Assembly: GCF_013122565.1 (NCBI RefSeq) | Contig: NZ_CP053258.1 | DNA from: Escherichia coli | GTDB lineage: Bacteria > Pseudomonadota > Gammaproteobacteria > Enterobacterales > Enterobacteriaceae | DNA: 64,000 bases | Reading direction: 5' to 3' (one strand) | In this document: positions 23,141-35,304 of the stretch, piece after piece | Position numbering within the stretch: position 1 is the stretch's first letter | How the letters are laid out: the number at the start of each line of letters is the position of its first letter | Notes under the pieces: model-generated | What the model was told of the DNA's origin: nothing | The model's database searches: none | The model's input: only the letters and a program-made list of their open reading frames with translations | Translations under genes and position numbers: made by a program

Positions 23141-25042
23141 ATGAAACTACAGAACTCTTTTCGCGACTATACGGCAGAGTCCGCGCTGTTTGTGCGCCGG
23201 GCGCTGGTCGCCTTTTTGGGGATTTTGCTGCTGACCGGCGTGCTTATCGCCAACCTGTATAATCTGCAAATTGTTCGCTTTACCGATTACCAGACCCGCT
23301 CTAATGAAAACCGCATTAAGCTGGTGCCTATCGCGCCCAGCCGCGGCATTATCTATGACCGTAACGGTATCCCTCTGGCCCTCAACCGCACTATCTACCA
23401 GATAGAAATGATGCCGGAGAAAGTCGATAACGTGCAGCAAACGCTGGACGCTTTGCGCAGCGTGGTTGATCTGACCGATGACGATATTGCTGCATTCCGA
23501 AAAGAGCGCGCACGTTCACACCGTTTCACCTCTATTCCGGTGAAAACTAACCTGACCGAAGTACAAGTAGCTCGCTTTGCCGTCAATCAGTACCGTTTTC
23601 CGGGTGTTGAAGTTAAAGGCTATAAACGTCGTTACTATCCTTACGGTTCGGCGTTGACCCACGTCATCGGCTATGTGTCGAAAATCAACGATAAAGACGT
23701 CGAACGCCTGAATAATGACGGCAAACTGGCCAACTATGCGGCAACGCATGATATAGGTAAGCTCGGCATTGAGCGTTACTATGAAGATGTGCTGCACGGT
23801 CAGACTGGTTATGAAGAGGTTGAAGTTAACAACCGTGGGCGTGTTATCCGCCAGTTAAAAGAAGTCCCACCGCAAGCCGGACACGATATTTACCTGACGC
23901 TGGATCTCAAACTCCAGCAATATATTGAAACGCTGCTGGCGGGTAGCCGCGCAGCTGTGGTAGTCACCGATCCGCGTACAGGTGGGGTGCTGGCGCTGGT
24001 TTCCACGCCTAGTTATGACCCAAACCTATTTGTTGACGGTATCTCCAGCAAAGATTATTCCGCCTTGCTGAACGACCCGAATACACCGCTGGTGAACCGC
24101 GCCACACAGGGGGTTTATCCTCCTGCGTCTACAGTTAAACCCTATGTGGCGGTTTCGGCATTGAGCGCCGGGGTGATCACGCGCAATACGACGCTGTTTG
24201 ACCCAGGCTGGTGGCAACTGCCAGGTTCGGAAAAACGTTATCGTGACTGGAAAAAATGGGGCCACGGGCGTCTGAATGTCACAAGATCGCTGGAAGAATC
24301 TGCGGATACCTTCTTCTATCAGGTGGCCTACGATATGGGGATCGATCGCCTCTCCGAATGGATGGGTAAATTCGGTTATGGTCATTATACCGGTATCGAC
24401 CTGGCGGAAGAACGTTCCGGCAACATGCCTACCCGCGAATGGAAACAGAAACGCTTTAAAAAACCGTGGTATCAGGGTGACACCATTCCGGTTGGTATCG
24501 GTCAGGGTTACTGGACAGCGACCCCAATCCAGATGAGTAAGGCACTGATGATCCTGATTAATGACGGTATCGTGAAGGTTCCGCATTTGCTGATGAGCAC
24601 CGCCGAAGACGGCAAACAGGTGCCATGGGTACAGCCGCATGAACCGCCCGTCGGCGATATTCATTCCGGTTACTGGGAGCTGGCGAAAGACGGTATGTAC
24701 GGTGTTGCTAACCGCCCTAACGGTACGGCGCATAAATACTTTGCCAGCGCACCGTACAAAATTGCGGCGAAATCCGGTACCGCTCAGGTCTTCGGTCTGA
24801 AAGCGAACGAAACCTATAATGCGCACAAAATTGCCGAGCGTTTACGTGACCACAAACTGATGACCGCCTTTGCGCCATACAACAATCCGCAAGTGGCTGT
24901 CGCCATGATTCTGGAGAACGGTGGCGCGGGTCCGGCGGTTGGTACGCTGATGCGCCAGATCCTCGACCACATTATGCTGGGTGATAACAACACCGATCTG
25001 CCTGCGGAAAATCCAGCGGTTGCCGCAGCGGAGGACCATTAA
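23141..25042 (+). CDS. mrdA: Penicillin-binding protein 2 (elongasome transpeptidase), 633 aa
   Basis: STVK and KSGT active-site motifs; N-terminal TM anchor. Confidence 0.97.
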   Translation: MKLQNSFRDYTAESALFVRRALVAFLGILLLTGVLIANLYNLQIVRFTDYQTRSNENRIKLVPIAPSRGIIYDRNGIPLALNRTIYQIEMMPEKVDNVQQTLDALRSVVDLTDDDIAAFRKERARSHRFTSIPVKTNLTEVQVARFAVNQYRFPGVEVKGYKRRYYPYGSALTHVIGYVSKINDKDVERLNNDGKLANYAATHDIGKLGIERYYEDVLHGQTGYEEVEVNNRGRVIRQLKEVPPQAGHDIYLTLDLKLQQYIETLLAGSRAAVVVTDPRTGGVLALVSTPSYDPNLFVDGISSKDYSALLNDPNTPLVNRATQGVYPPASTVKPYVAVSALSAGVITRNTTLFDPGWWQLPGSEKRYRDWKKWGHGRLNVTRSLEESADTFFYQVAYDMGIDRLSEWMGKFGYGHYTGIDLAEERSGNMPTREWKQKRFKKPWYQGDTIPVGIGQGYWTATPIQMSKALMILINDGIVKVPHLLMSTAEDGKQVPWVQPHEPPVGDIHSGYWELAKDGMYGVANRPNGTAHKYFASAPYKIAAKSGTAQVFGLKANETYNAHKIAERLRDHKLMTAFAPYNNPQVAVAMILENGGAGPAVGTLMRQILDHIMLGDNNTDLPAENPAVAAAEDH

Positions 25043-25044
25043 TC

Positions 25045-26157
25045 ATGACGGATAATCCGAATAAAAAAACATTCTGGGATAAAGTCCATCTCGATCCCAC
25101 AATGCTGCTGATCTTACTGGCATTGCTGGTTTACAGCGCCCTGGTTATCTGGAGCGCCAGCGGTCAGGATATTGGCATGATGGAGCGTAAAATCGGCCAA
25201 ATCGCGATGGGTCTGGTCATCATGGTGGTGATGGCGCAAATTCCTCCACGCGTTTATGAAGGCTGGGCCCCCTATCTCTATATCATCTGTATTATTTTGC
25301 TGGTGGCGGTAGATGCTTTCGGTGCCATCTCTAAAGGCGCTCAACGCTGGCTGGACCTCGGTATTGTTCGTTTTCAGCCGTCGGAAATTGCCAAAATAGC
25401 CGTACCACTGATGGTTGCGCGCTTTATCAACCGCGACGTTTGCCCGCCATCGTTGAAGAACACTGGCATCGCGCTGGTGCTGATATTTATGCCCACGCTG
25501 CTGGTGGCTGCACAGCCTGACCTGGGAACATCAATCCTCGTTGCGCTTTCCGGTCTGTTTGTACTGTTCCTCTCTGGCCTTAGCTGGCGTCTGATTGGCG
25601 TCGCAGTAGTGCTGGTAGCGGCGTTCATTCCGATTCTGTGGTTCTTCCTGATGCATGATTACCAGCGCCAGCGCGTAATGATGCTCCTGGACCCGGAATC
25701 AGACCCACTCGGCGCGGGCTATCACATTATTCAGTCTAAAATTGCTATTGGCTCCGGCGGATTACGCGGCAAAGGCTGGCTGCATGGCACTCAGTCACAG
25801 CTTGAATTTCTACCCGAACGCCATACCGACTTTATCTTCGCGGTACTGGCGGAAGAGCTGGGATTAGTGGGCATTTTGATTCTGCTCGCTCTCTACATTC
25901 TGCTGATCATGCGCGGGCTGTGGATAGCCGCCAGAGCGCAAACCACCTTTGGTCGCGTCATGGCTGGCGGCTTAATGCTGATATTATTCGTTTATGTCTT
26001 CGTAAATATTGGTATGGTAAGCGGTATTCTGCCGGTTGTAGGGGTTCCGCTCCCACTGGTCAGTTATGGAGGATCGGCGCTAATTGTGCTGATGGCTGGG
26101 TTCGGGATTGTAATGTCAATCCACACCCACAGGAAAATGTTGTCGAAAAGCGTGTAA
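25045..26157 (+). CDS. mrdB: SEDS-family peptidoglycan glycosyltransferase RodA, 370 aa
   Basis: Polytopic membrane protein immediately after mrdA. Confidence 0.95.
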   Translation: MTDNPNKKTFWDKVHLDPTMLLILLALLVYSALVIWSASGQDIGMMERKIGQIAMGLVIMVVMAQIPPRVYEGWAPYLYIICIILLVAVDAFGAISKGAQRWLDLGIVRFQPSEIAKIAVPLMVARFINRDVCPPSLKNTGIALVLIFMPTLLVAAQPDLGTSILVALSGLFVLFLSGLSWRLIGVAVVLVAAFIPILWFFLMHDYQRQRVMMLLDPESDPLGAGYHIIQSKIAIGSGGLRGKGWLHGTQSQLEFLPERHTDFIFAVLAEELGLVGILILLALYILLIMRGLWIAARAQTTFGRVMAGGLMLILFVYVFVNIGMVSGILPVVGVPLPLVSYGGSALIVLMAGFGIVMSIHTHRKMLSKSV

Positions 26158-26167
26158 GAGGTGCGCA

Positions 26168-27256
26168 ATGCGTAAGCAGTGGCTCGGGATCTGCATCGCG
26201 GCAGGAATGCTCGCGGCATGTACAAGCGATGATGGTCAGCAACAGACGGTAAGTGTACCGCAGCCTGCGGTATGTAACGGCCCCATAGTTGAAATTAGCG
26301 GGGCGGACCCGCGTTTCGAACCACTGAACGCGACGGCAAATCAGGATTACCAGCGCGACGGTAAAAGCTACAAAATCGTGCAGGATCCGTCTCGATTTAG
26401 CCAGGCGGGACTGGCGGCAATCTATGATGCCGAACCCGGCAGTAACCTGACGGCCTCTGGCGAAGCTTTCGATCCGACACAGCTGACGGCGGCCCATCCA
26501 ACGCTTCCGATCCCCAGCTACGCCAGAATCACTAACCTGGCTAACGGGCGAATGATCGTGGTGCGCATTAATGATCGCGGTCCTTACGGCAACGACCGCG
26601 TTATTTCGCTTTCTCGCGCAGCAGCTGACCGTCTTAACACATCAAACAACACCAAAGTTCGTATCGATCCGATTATTGTCGCCCAGGATGGTTCGCTTTC
26701 TGGTCCTGGTATGGCTTGTACCACAGTCGCCAAACAGACTTACGCCCTGCCTGCACCTCCCGATTTAAGCGGCGGCGCAGGAACAAGTTCAGTGTCTGGC
26801 CCGCAGGGTGACATTCTTCCGGTCAGTAATTCGACGCTAAAAAGCGAAGATCCGACCGGCGCGCCGGTAACCAGCAGCGGTTTCCTCGGCGCACCAACGA
26901 CCTTAGCGCCTGGTGTTCTGGAAGGCAGCGAACCACCGCCTGCTCCACAGCCCGTTGTTACAGCTCCGTCGACAACGCCTGCAACCTCGCCTGCAATGGT
27001 GACACCGCAAGCCGCCTCGCAAAGCGCCAGCGGCAACTTTATGGTGCAAGTCGGGGCCGTTAGCGATCAGGCTCGTGCGCAACAGTACCAACAGCAACTG
27101 GGACAGAAGTTCGGCGTCCCCGGTCGCGTAACTCAAAATGGCGCGGTCTGGCGGATCCAGCTTGGCCCATTCGCCAGCAAAGCCGAAGCCAGTACCTTGC
27201 AGCAACGTTTGCAAACCGAAGCCCAATTACAGTCATTTATTACCACCGCGCAGTAG
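26168..27256 (+). CDS. rlpA: Septal lytic transglycosylase-like lipoprotein RlpA, 362 aa
   Basis: Lipobox MLAACTS; Pro/Ala/Thr-rich linker; C-terminal SPOR-like domain. Confidence 0.9.
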   Translation: MRKQWLGICIAAGMLAACTSDDGQQQTVSVPQPAVCNGPIVEISGADPRFEPLNATANQDYQRDGKSYKIVQDPSRFSQAGLAAIYDAEPGSNLTASGEAFDPTQLTAAHPTLPIPSYARITNLANGRMIVVRINDRGPYGNDRVISLSRAAADRLNTSNNTKVRIDPIIVAQDGSLSGPGMACTTVAKQTYALPAPPDLSGGAGTSSVSGPQGDILPVSNSTLKSEDPTGAPVTSSGFLGAPTTLAPGVLEGSEPPPAPQPVVTAPSTTPATSPAMVTPQAASQSASGNFMVQVGAVSDQARAQQYQQQLGQKFGVPGRVTQNGAVWRIQLGPFASKAEASTLQQRLQTEAQLQSFITTAQ

Positions 27257-27395
27257 CGTAAAGCAGGCATCTGATGTGTCAATTTCTGTAAATGACGTTA
27301 ACAAAGTCACGCGGAAAGTCAGATGCCTGCCGGTAGTGCATTTGCTATAGTAGGGCACTTTTTTTAATTCCATCACGGATGTCGTAGTTCAGACC

Positions 27396-28607
27396 ATGAA
27401 TACCATTTTTTCCGCTCGTATCATGAAGCGCCTGGCGCTCACCACGGCTCTTTGCACAGCCTTTATCTCTGCTGCACATGCCGATGACCTGAATATCAAA
27501 ACTATGATCCCGGGTGTACCGCAGATCGACGCGGAGTCCTACATCCTGATTGACTATAACTCCGGCAAAGTGCTCGCCGAACAGAACGCAGATGTCCGCC
27601 GCGATCCTGCCAGCCTGACCAAAATGATGACCAGTTACGTTATCGGCCAGGCAATGAAAGCAGGTAAATTTAAAGAAACTGATTTAGTCACTATCGGCAA
27701 CGACGCATGGGCCACCGGTAACCCGGTGTTTAAAGGTTCTTCGCTGATGTTCCTCAAACCGGGCATGCAGGTTCCGGTTTCTCAGCTGATCCGCGGTATT
27801 AACCTGCAATCGGGTAACGATGCTTGTGTCGCCATGGCCGATTTTGCCGCTGGTAGCCAGGACGCTTTTGTTGGCTTGATGAACAGCTACGTTAACGCCC
27901 TGGGCCTGAAAAACACCCACTTCCAGACGGTACATGGTCTGGATGCTGATGGTCAGTACAGCTCCGCGCGCGATATGGCGCTGATCGGCCAGGCGTTGAT
28001 CCGTGACGTACCGAATGAATACTCGATCTATAAAGAAAAAGAATTTACGTTTAACGGTATTCGCCAGCTGAACCGTAACGGCCTGTTATGGGATAACAGC
28101 CTGAATGTCGACGGCATCAAAACCGGACACACTGACAAAGCAGGTTACAACCTTGTTGCTTCTGCGACTGAAGGCCAGATGCGCTTGATTTCTGCGGTGA
28201 TGGGCGGACGTACTTTTAAAGGCCGTGAAGCCGAAAGTAAAAAACTGTTAACCTGGGGCTTCCGTTTCTTCGAAACCGTTAACCCACTGAAAGTAGGTAA
28301 AGAGTTCGCCTCTGAACCGGTTTGGTTTGGTGATTCTGATCGCGCTTCGTTAGGGGTTGATAAAGACGTGTACCTGACCATTCCGCGTGGCCGCATGAAA
28401 GATCTGAAAGCCAGCTATGTGCTGAACAGCAGTGAATTGCATGCGCCGCTGCAAAAGAATCAGGTCGTCGGTACTATCAACTTCCAGCTTGATGGCAAAA
28501 CGATCGAACAACGCCCGCTGGTTGTACTGCAAGAAATCCCGGAAGGTAACTTCTTCGGCAAAATCATTGATTACATTAAATTAATGTTCCATCACTGGTT
28601 TGGTTAA
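27396..28607 (+). CDS. dacA: D-alanyl-D-alanine carboxypeptidase PBP5, 403 aa
   Basis: SLTK, SGN and KTG motifs; signal peptide. Confidence 0.97.
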
Positions 28608-28716
28608 AAATTGAACACTTGAAAGTGTAATTTCCGTCCCCATATACTAAGCATCAGTAAAAAACTCCCGCCTTCTGGCGGGAGTTGCTATTTAATTACG
28701 TTACGCCGGAGCTGAC

Positions 28717-28980
28717 ATGAAAACCAAACTTAACGAACTGCTTGAATTCCCTACTCCTTTTACTTACAAAGTTATGGGGCAGGCGTTACCTGAGCTGGTT
28801 GATCAGGTGGTTGAAGTGGTACAGCGCCATGCGCCAGGTGACTACACCCCAACGGTAAAACCAAGCAGCAAAGGCAACTACCACTCGGTATCTATCACTA
28901 TCAACGCCACTCATATCGAGCAGGTTGAAACACTGTATGAAGAACTGGGCAAAATCGATATTGTCCGCATGGTTCTGTAA
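28717..28980 (+). CDS. ybeD: UPF0250 protein YbeD, 87 aa
   Basis: ORF 28717..28980 upstream of lipB; recognised sequence. Confidence 0.9.
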
Positions 28981-29080
28981 CTCGCGTCTCCGTTACCCGG
29001 CTCCTGGTCGGGTAACTCCCCTCTCCTCGCTGTGATATACTTTTCCCCCACTTTTACTCATTCTCCACGGAGATGCCGTT

Positions 29081-29722
29081 TTGTATCAGGATAAAATTCT
29101 TGTCCGCCAGCTCGGTCTTCAGCCTTACGAGCCAATCTCCCAGGCTATGCATGAATTCACCGATACCCGCGATGATAGTACCCTTGATGAAATCTGGCTG
29201 GTCGAGCACTATCCTGTATTCACCCAAGGGCAGGCAGGAAAAGCGGAGCACATTTTAATGCCGGGTGATATTCCGGTGATCCAGAGCGATCGCGGTGGGC
29301 AGGTGACTTATCACGGGCCGGGACAACAGGTGATGTATGTGTTGCTTAACCTGAAACGCCGTAAACTCGGTGTGCGTGAACTGGTGACCTTGCTTGAGCA
29401 AACAGTGGTGAATACCCTGGCTGAACTGGGTATAGAAGCGCATCCTCGGGCTGACGCGCCTGGTGTCTATGTCGGGGAAAAGAAAATTTGCTCATTGGGT
29501 TTACGTATTCGACGCGGTTGTTCATTCCACGGTCTGGCATTAAACGTCAATATGGATCTTTCACCATTTTTACGTATTAATCCTTGTGGGTATGCCGGAA
29601 TGGAAATGGCTAAAATATCACAATGGCAACCCGAAGCGACGACTAATAATATTGCACCACGTTTACTGGAAAATATTTTAGCGCTACTAAACAATCCTGA
29701 CTTCGAATATATTACCGCTTAA
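29081..29722 (+). CDS. lipB: Octanoyltransferase LipB, 213 aa
   Basis: ORF 29081..29722 with TTG start; recognised sequence. Confidence 0.9.
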   Translation: MYQDKILVRQLGLQPYEPISQAMHEFTDTRDDSTLDEIWLVEHYPVFTQGQAGKAEHILMPGDIPVIQSDRGGQVTYHGPGQQVMYVLLNLKRRKLGVRELVTLLEQTVVNTLAELGIEAHPRADAPGVYVGEKKICSLGLRIRRGCSFHGLALNVNMDLSPFLRINPCGYAGMEMAKISQWQPEATTNNIAPRLLENILALLNNPDFEYITA

Positions 29723-29981
29723 TTGCATACATCAATGGCCCAATTTACACTGGGTCATTACTCATAATACCTGCTAATGCTTTACATCTCCTTCGCGTTT
29801 GTATATTTTCTTTATCACTTGCAGAAATGCGGTGCTACGCCTTGCTCCGTAACTCACCCCATTGATTAACCTATTGAAATAGTTGATTATGGTGAGCAAA
29901 AGCGTTCCGTTCCAATTAGACATAAGATTATTGTAATTTTTTTAAATATTATTTTTCCATGAATAAAATTGGAGTAAGTGC

Positions 29982-30935
29982 GTGGATAGTAATAATCAAA
30001 TTGAACCCTGTTTAAGCAGAAAGTCGTCAGAAGGTAAACCACAAATATTTACAACCTTACGAAATATTGATCTTAACCTTCTGACTATTTTTGAAGCTGT
30101 ATATGTACATAAAGGGATCGTTAATGCAGCGAAAGTGCTTAATCTGACCCCCTCGGCAATCAGTCAGTCTATACAGAAACTGCGCGTTATATTCCCTGAC
30201 CCATTGTTTATTCGCAAAGGCCAGGGTGTTACTCCTACCGCATTTGCGATGCATCTACATGAGTATATCAGTCAGGGCCTTGAGTCCATTCTTGGCGCAC
30301 TGGATATCGAAGGAAGCTATGATAAGCAACGAACGATAACTATCGCGACCACCCCCTCGGTCGGAGCCCTGGTCCTTCCTGTCATCTATCGGGCGATTAA
30401 AACTCACTATCCGCAGCTTTTACTGCGCAACCCGCCCATCAGCGACGCGGAAAACCAACTCAGTCAGTTTCAAACTGATCTCATCATCGATAACATGTTT
30501 TGCACCAATCGAACGGTGCAACATCATGTTCTGTTCACCGACAATATGGTGTTAATTTGCCGCGAGGGAAATCCACTACTCTCTTTAGAAGATGACAGAG
30601 GGACTATCGACAACGCTGCGCATGTACTCCTGTTACCGGAAGGGCAAAATTTCAGCGGTCTACGGCAGAGAGTTCAAGAGATGTTTCCGGACCGGCAAAT
30701 CAGTTTCACCAGCTACAACATTTTGACAATCGCTGCACTGGTTGCCAACAGTGACATGTTAGCGATTATTCCCAGCCGTTTTTATAACCTGTTTCGCCGT
30801 TGCTGGCCGCTGGAAAAACTGCCTTTTCCGTCCTTAAATGAGGAGCAAATTGATTTCTCTATCCACTACAACAAATTCAGCCTGCGTGATCCCATCCTGC
30901 ACGGAGTAATAGATGTTATCCGTAATGCATTTTGA
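29982..30935 (+). CDS. ybeF: LysR-family transcriptional regulator YbeF, 317 aa
   Basis: GTG start at 29982; N-terminal HTH (…AAKVLNLTPSAISQSIQKLR…); AT-rich gene. Confidence 0.85.
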   Translation: MDSNNQIEPCLSRKSSEGKPQIFTTLRNIDLNLLTIFEAVYVHKGIVNAAKVLNLTPSAISQSIQKLRVIFPDPLFIRKGQGVTPTAFAMHLHEYISQGLESILGALDIEGSYDKQRTITIATTPSVGALVLPVIYRAIKTHYPQLLLRNPPISDAENQLSQFQTDLIIDNMFCTNRTVQHHVLFTDNMVLICREGNPLLSLEDDRGTIDNAAHVLLLPEGQNFSGLRQRVQEMFPDRQISFTSYNILTIAALVANSDMLAIIPSRFYNLFRRCWPLEKLPFPSLNEEQIDFSIHYNKFSLRDPILHGVIDVIRNAF

Positions 30936-31143
30936 AAAAGTATTGTTACAGCCAGATCACAGCGCAGAACGATAAAATGGCACAATCCAACAACAATTTT
31001 ACATTTTCGCGACCGCTTTGGCTGCTTTCAAGTCCGTTTCAATGATATACTGCCAGTCGTTAATTCAAAAATAGTTGATAATTACAACAATCTATTGAAT
31101 TGAAACGCTTTCCTTCGTAATTCGCAACTGGAACACGCACGCT

Positions 31144-32109
31144 ATGAGTAAACCCATTGTGATGGAACGCGGTGTAAAATACCGCGATGCCGATAAGATG
31201 GCCCTTATCCCGGTTAAAAACGTGGCAACAGAGCGCGAAGCCCTGCTGCGCAAGCCGGAATGGATGAAAATCAAGCTTCCAGCGGACTCTACACGTATCC
31301 AGGGCATCAAAGCCGCAATGCGCAAAAATGGCCTGCATTCTGTCTGCGAGGAAGCCTCCTGCCCTAACCTGGCGGAATGCTTCAACCACGGCACAGCAAC
31401 GTTTATGATCCTCGGCGCTATTTGTACCCGCCGTTGTCCGTTCTGTGACGTTGCCCATGGTCGCCCGGTAGCTCCTGATGCCAATGAACCAGTGAAACTG
31501 GCGCAGACCATTGCCGATATGGCGCTGCGTTATGTGGTTATCACCTCCGTTGACCGTGATGACCTGCGCGATGGCGGTGCCCAGCACTTTGCGGATTGCA
31601 TTACTGCCATTCGGGAAAAAAGCCCGCAAATCAAAATTGAAACTCTGGTGCCGGATTTCCGTGGTCGTATGGATCGTGCTCTGGATATTCTGACTGCAAC
31701 GCCACCAGATGTGTTCAACCATAACCTGGAAAACGTACCGCGTATTTACCGTCAGGTACGGCCTGGTGCAGATTACAACTGGTCGCTGAAGCTGCTGGAA
31801 CGCTTTAAAGAAGCACATCCGGAAATCCCGACCAAGTCTGGTCTGATGGTGGGACTGGGTGAAACCAATGAAGAAATTATTGAGGTAATGCGCGACCTGC
31901 GCCGCCATGGTGTGACGATGTTAACGCTGGGGCAATATTTGCAGCCAAGCCGCCATCACCTGCCGGTTCAACGTTACGTTAGCCCGGATGAGTTCGACGA
32001 AATGAAAGCCGAAGCGCTGGCGATGGGCTTTACCCATGCTGCATGCGGTCCGTTTGTCCGCTCTTCTTACCACGCCGATTTGCAGGCGAAAGGGATGGAA
32101 GTTAAGTAA
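31144..32109 (+). CDS. lipA: Lipoyl synthase (radical SAM), 321 aa
   Basis: CTRRCPFC radical-SAM cysteine motif plus second Cys cluster. Confidence 0.97.
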
Positions 32110-32140
32110 TCCTGTAATAATTACTTACATCTGTCTGATA

Positions 32141-32170
32141 AAAAACCCGCTTTTTGAAGCGGGTTTTTTG
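32141..32170. terminator. Bidirectional intrinsic terminator between convergent lipA and tatE
   Basis: AACCCGC-TTTTTGAA-GCGGGTT hairpin flanked by A-run and T-run. Confidence 0.7.
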
Positions 32171-32209
32171 TATCGAACAAGATATTGAGGGAGCGTCCTG
32201 CTCGCCACG

Positions 32210-32413
32210 TCACTCTTTATGAGAGAGCTTTTCAGCCTGAAGATCAACGTCTGCGCCTTTTTTCGCCGCAGCATCATCATCATTCATCGCCTTCTTGAAC
32301 CCTTTAATGGCCGCTCCAAGGTCTCCGCCCAGCGTACGTAACTTCTTAGTCCCAAACAGCAGAACGACCAGCGCCGCAACTACCAGCAGTTTGGTAATAC
32401 TAATCTCACCCAT
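32210..32413 (-). CDS. tatE: Twin-arginine translocase subunit TatE, 67 aa
   Basis: Start at internal ATG ([21 protein letters not shown]…); TatA/E family TM plus amphipathic helix. Confidence 0.9.
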   Translation of the reverse strand: MGEISITKLLVVAALVVLLFGTKKLRTLGGDLGAAIKGFKKAMNDDDAAAKKGADVDLQAEKLSHKE

Positions 32414-32541
32414 AGATACCTTCTTGACATATAACCGGCAACAGAACACGCCTTAAAAACCAGAGAATATTAACGGTCATTCGACGCGCGCACACAATAG
32501 CAATCTGTAACAAGGTGAATCAAGCGCCGAGTAAAAAAACA

Positions 32542-33336
32542 TCATAATAATTGCGGCGGCGCAAAGCGACGGTTGTTTAAGACGGGCAGTTGCGCGCGCA
32601 CCTGACGCACACGTTCGGGCGTCACTTCCGCCATAATGAGTGCAGGCATTTCTGACGCTGCCGCAATGGTGACGCCAAAGGGATCTATAATCCGGCTTTG
32701 CCCGATATTTTTGTTCCCGCACTCCCCCGCCGCCACCATATAACAGGTGGTATCCAGCGCACGAGCGGCAAGCAACGTTGACCAGTGATGCTCTTTGAGC
32801 GGCCCGCGAACCCAGGCGGCAGGAAGTACCAGGATTTCAGCTCCCTGTAATGCCTGTGCCAGCGCCAGCTCTGGAAAGCGTAAGTCATAACAGGTCATCA
32901 GACCGACCTTCATCCCTTCCACCTCCAGTAATGGAGCTATTTCATTACCAGCATCAACATGGCGTGATTCCTGAATGGCAAATGCATCATAGAGATGAAG
33001 TTTGGCATAACGGGCAACGATGTTTCCTGCCTGTAGCGCCACCAGCATATTCCATGCGCGCCCCGGCGTTGAAGGAACATGAATCGTCAGAATTGTCGTC
33101 ATCATGTTACGTTTACTTTCTCGCCGTAAACGTCCGAGGAATTCGCCTTCCAGCAGCTGTGCTGATTTAACCGATAGATCTGCATCATGATCATCGCGCG
33201 CCAGCAATGCTTCCGGCAGGACAAACAGCGATACGTCGTTTTCCGCCGCCTGCGCCATCAACGAGGCACAAATCTCAGCGTTCTTTTCCCACACAGATGT
33301 AACAGCAAACTGTCCTGCAGCAACCAACATTGCCAC
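32542..33336 (-). CDS. ybeM: C-N hydrolase (nitrilase superfamily) amidase YbeM, 264 aa, reading frame intact
   Basis: Uninterrupted ORF; E (LPE), K (YAKLHLYD), C ([10 protein letters not shown]) catalytic-triad contexts present. Confidence 0.8.
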   Translation of the reverse strand: MAMLVAAGQFAVTSVWEKNAEICASLMAQAAENDVSLFVLPEALLARDDHDADLSVKSAQLLEGEFLGRLRRESKRNMMTTILTIHVPSTPGRAWNMLVALQAGNIVARYAKLHLYDAFAIQESRHVDAGNEIAPLLEVEGMKVGLMTCYDLRFPELALAQALQGAEILVLPAAWVRGPLKEHHWSTLLAARALDTTCYMVAAGECGNKNIGQSRIIDPFGVTIAAASEMPALIMAEVTPERVRQVRAQLPVLNNRRFAPPQLL

Positions 33337-33422
33337 CTCCTGTCAGAGTCGTAAAATTCGCCAACGACGATTATTCGGCGTTACACTTATCACTCATACA
33401 AATCAAATAGCAGGATTTTGCA

Positions 33423-33806
33423 GTGTTACAACTTCTTTTAGCAGTTTTTATTGGCGGTGGTACGGGAAGCGTGGCGAGATGGCTGTTAAGTATGCGATTT
33501 AACCCGCTGCATCAGGCGATTCCGTTGGGGACGCTGGCTGCAAACCTGATTGGGGCATTCATCATAGGAATGGGATTCGCCTGGTTCAGCAGGATGACAA
33601 ACATTGATCCCGTGTGGAAAGTATTAATCACCACCGGATTTTGTGGCGGTCTAACAACCTTCTCAACATTTTCGGCAGAAGTGGTGTTTTTGTTACAAGA
33701 GGGTCGCTTTGGCTGGGCATTACTGAACGTTTTCGTCAACCTTCTGGGGTCTTTTGCCATGACCGCACTGGCATTCTGGCTGTTTTCGGCCTCAACCGCA
33801 CACTAA
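33423..33806 (+). CDS. crcB: Fluoride channel CrcB/FluC, 127 aa
   Basis: Small 4-TM protein; recognised sequence. Confidence 0.9.
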
Positions 33807-33811
33807 AGACC

Positions 33812-33840
33812 AAAAAAAACCCGCTGATTAAGCGGGTTTT
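33812..33840. terminator. Bidirectional intrinsic terminator between convergent crcB and cspE
   Basis: A8-CCCGCT-GATTA-AGCGGG-T4; reads as hairpin plus T-run on both strands. Confidence 0.7.
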
Positions 33841-33859
33841 GAATTCTTGCTGACGTATC

Positions 33860-34069
33860 TTACAGAGCGATTACGTTTGCAGCAGAAGGGCCTTTGGCAC
33901 CGTTAGTGATTTCGAACTCTACACGCTGACCTTCAGCAAGAGTTTTAAAACCATTAGTCTGGATTGCAGAGAAGTGTACGAACACGTCTTTGCTGCCGTC
34001 TTCCGGAGTAATGAAACCGAATCCTTTGGACTCATTAAACCACTTAACGTTACCTTTAATCTTAGACAT
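33860..34069 (-). CDS. cspE: Cold-shock-domain protein CspE, 69 aa
   Basis: Start at internal ATG ([20 protein letters not shown]…); RNP1 motif GFGFI. Confidence 0.95.
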
Positions 34070-34243
34070 CAAAATTACCTTTACATGAAAAATAGACACA
34101 AATGCTGTGTCGGTTACCAGTACACCAATTGTGGTACGCTTTGTCCAGTGCAACTTTACTAAAAAGTGATAAAAGTCGCGTTATTTTTGATGTTAATTAT
34201 TTTACTCATTGATTTTAAAGAGTTTACTAAAATTTCATTTGTC

Positions 34244-34804
34244 TCAAAACTGAAAGCGCATCCAGGCAAAGTACACATTGCCATTGTTGTAGGTACCCGG
34301 AATGTAGGTCATCTGAAAAGTCACTGGACCATAACCCACGGAGGCCAATGGCAGTAGAACCGGGAGAGGGATGTAATTCCAGTTATCGCGCGCCGTTACG
34401 CCGGCGGTGAATCCCAGACCTAAATGAAAATTTTCATCCGCCAGCGGTCGCCAGGTACTTTCCCATCCGTATCCGGCAATCGGTTCCCATTTGTTCCACG
34501 AGTCCTTAAATGCCATGGCATACAGGCCATGCCAGTTTCCTTTTTCATCCCAACGCGACTGACCAAAACCGCCACCCCACGGTCGCTCGTTATAGCGATC
34601 GGTTTTTTCTTTGTCGTAAGCGAAACGTGCATGCCAGGTGATGGCAGGAATATATAAATCATAATGTTCAGGCTGTTGCCAGGTTTGTGCAATATTTTCT
34701 CTAAACGTTGTCATCCACTCATCTGCGTTAGCAAAAACTTTACCAACGCTGATTAACTGAATAAAAACAAAGGAAAATATAGCGACATATTTACTCACGT
34801 TCAT
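34244..34804 (-). CDS. pagP: Lipid A palmitoyltransferase PagP, 186 aa
   Basis: Start at internal ATG ([14 protein letters not shown]…); signal peptide plus beta-barrel-like sequence. Confidence 0.9.
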   Translation of the reverse strand: MNVSKYVAIFSFVFIQLISVGKVFANADEWMTTFRENIAQTWQQPEHYDLYIPAITWHARFAYDKEKTDRYNERPWGGGFGQSRWDEKGNWHGLYAMAFKDSWNKWEPIAGYGWESTWRPLADENFHLGLGFTAGVTARDNWNYIPLPVLLPLASVGYGPVTFQMTYIPGTYNNGNVYFAWMRFQF

Positions 34805-35290
34805 TTGTGACCATAAAACATTTATCAAAAATCTACTACTAGCATAGCAAAGCTACAATTAACATAACCTTAATAGCTCCAACATAAAGAATAATCTGAA
34901 TAGCTGCTCTATTTATTTCCGCTTGTTTAAGTTAAATATTTCCGCGCATCGATTTAAAATGATACATCGTTTTCTGCGATGGGAATAGTCATAAAAGAAA
35001 AAGCAAGTTATTACTGATAACAAAATGCAATCAAGAAAAAAATGACTTATTTTTTAATAAGATACAAAAAATTATCTTAACAAAGAATATATTATATATC
35101 GTCAACCCACGCCCATTATAGATTATTTTTTGAGCACACAACCGCAGCTAACACCATTGCAATTAACAAATTTGCATCAATCTACCATCAATTTACACAC
35201 ATTATTATGTGATAATTGCCAACTGTTAAATATGCGTTTTGTTATCTATGTATAAAAACAGCAACTTCAATGTCTTAATGGCAGTTTTTC

Positions 35291-35304
35291 TTGATTTTAA
35301 TCAG
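35291..35304 (+). promoter_or_regulatory. FNR-like site TTGAT-N4-ATCAG upstream of dcuC
   Basis: One mismatch to TTGAT-N4-ATCAA; about 95 nt upstream of dcuC ATG. Confidence 0.45.

Noticed and set aside
33337-33422. Possible fluoride riboswitch (crcB motif) in the leader of crcB
   Set aside because: No convincing match to the conserved crcB-motif core was seen in the 86-nt leader, and I am not aware of E. coli crcB carrying this riboswitch.
34166-34357. 63-aa hydrophobic ORF between cspE and pagP
   Set aside because: It overlaps the 3' end of pagP and the cspE upstream region, and its composition reflects AT-rich sequence rather than a credible gene.
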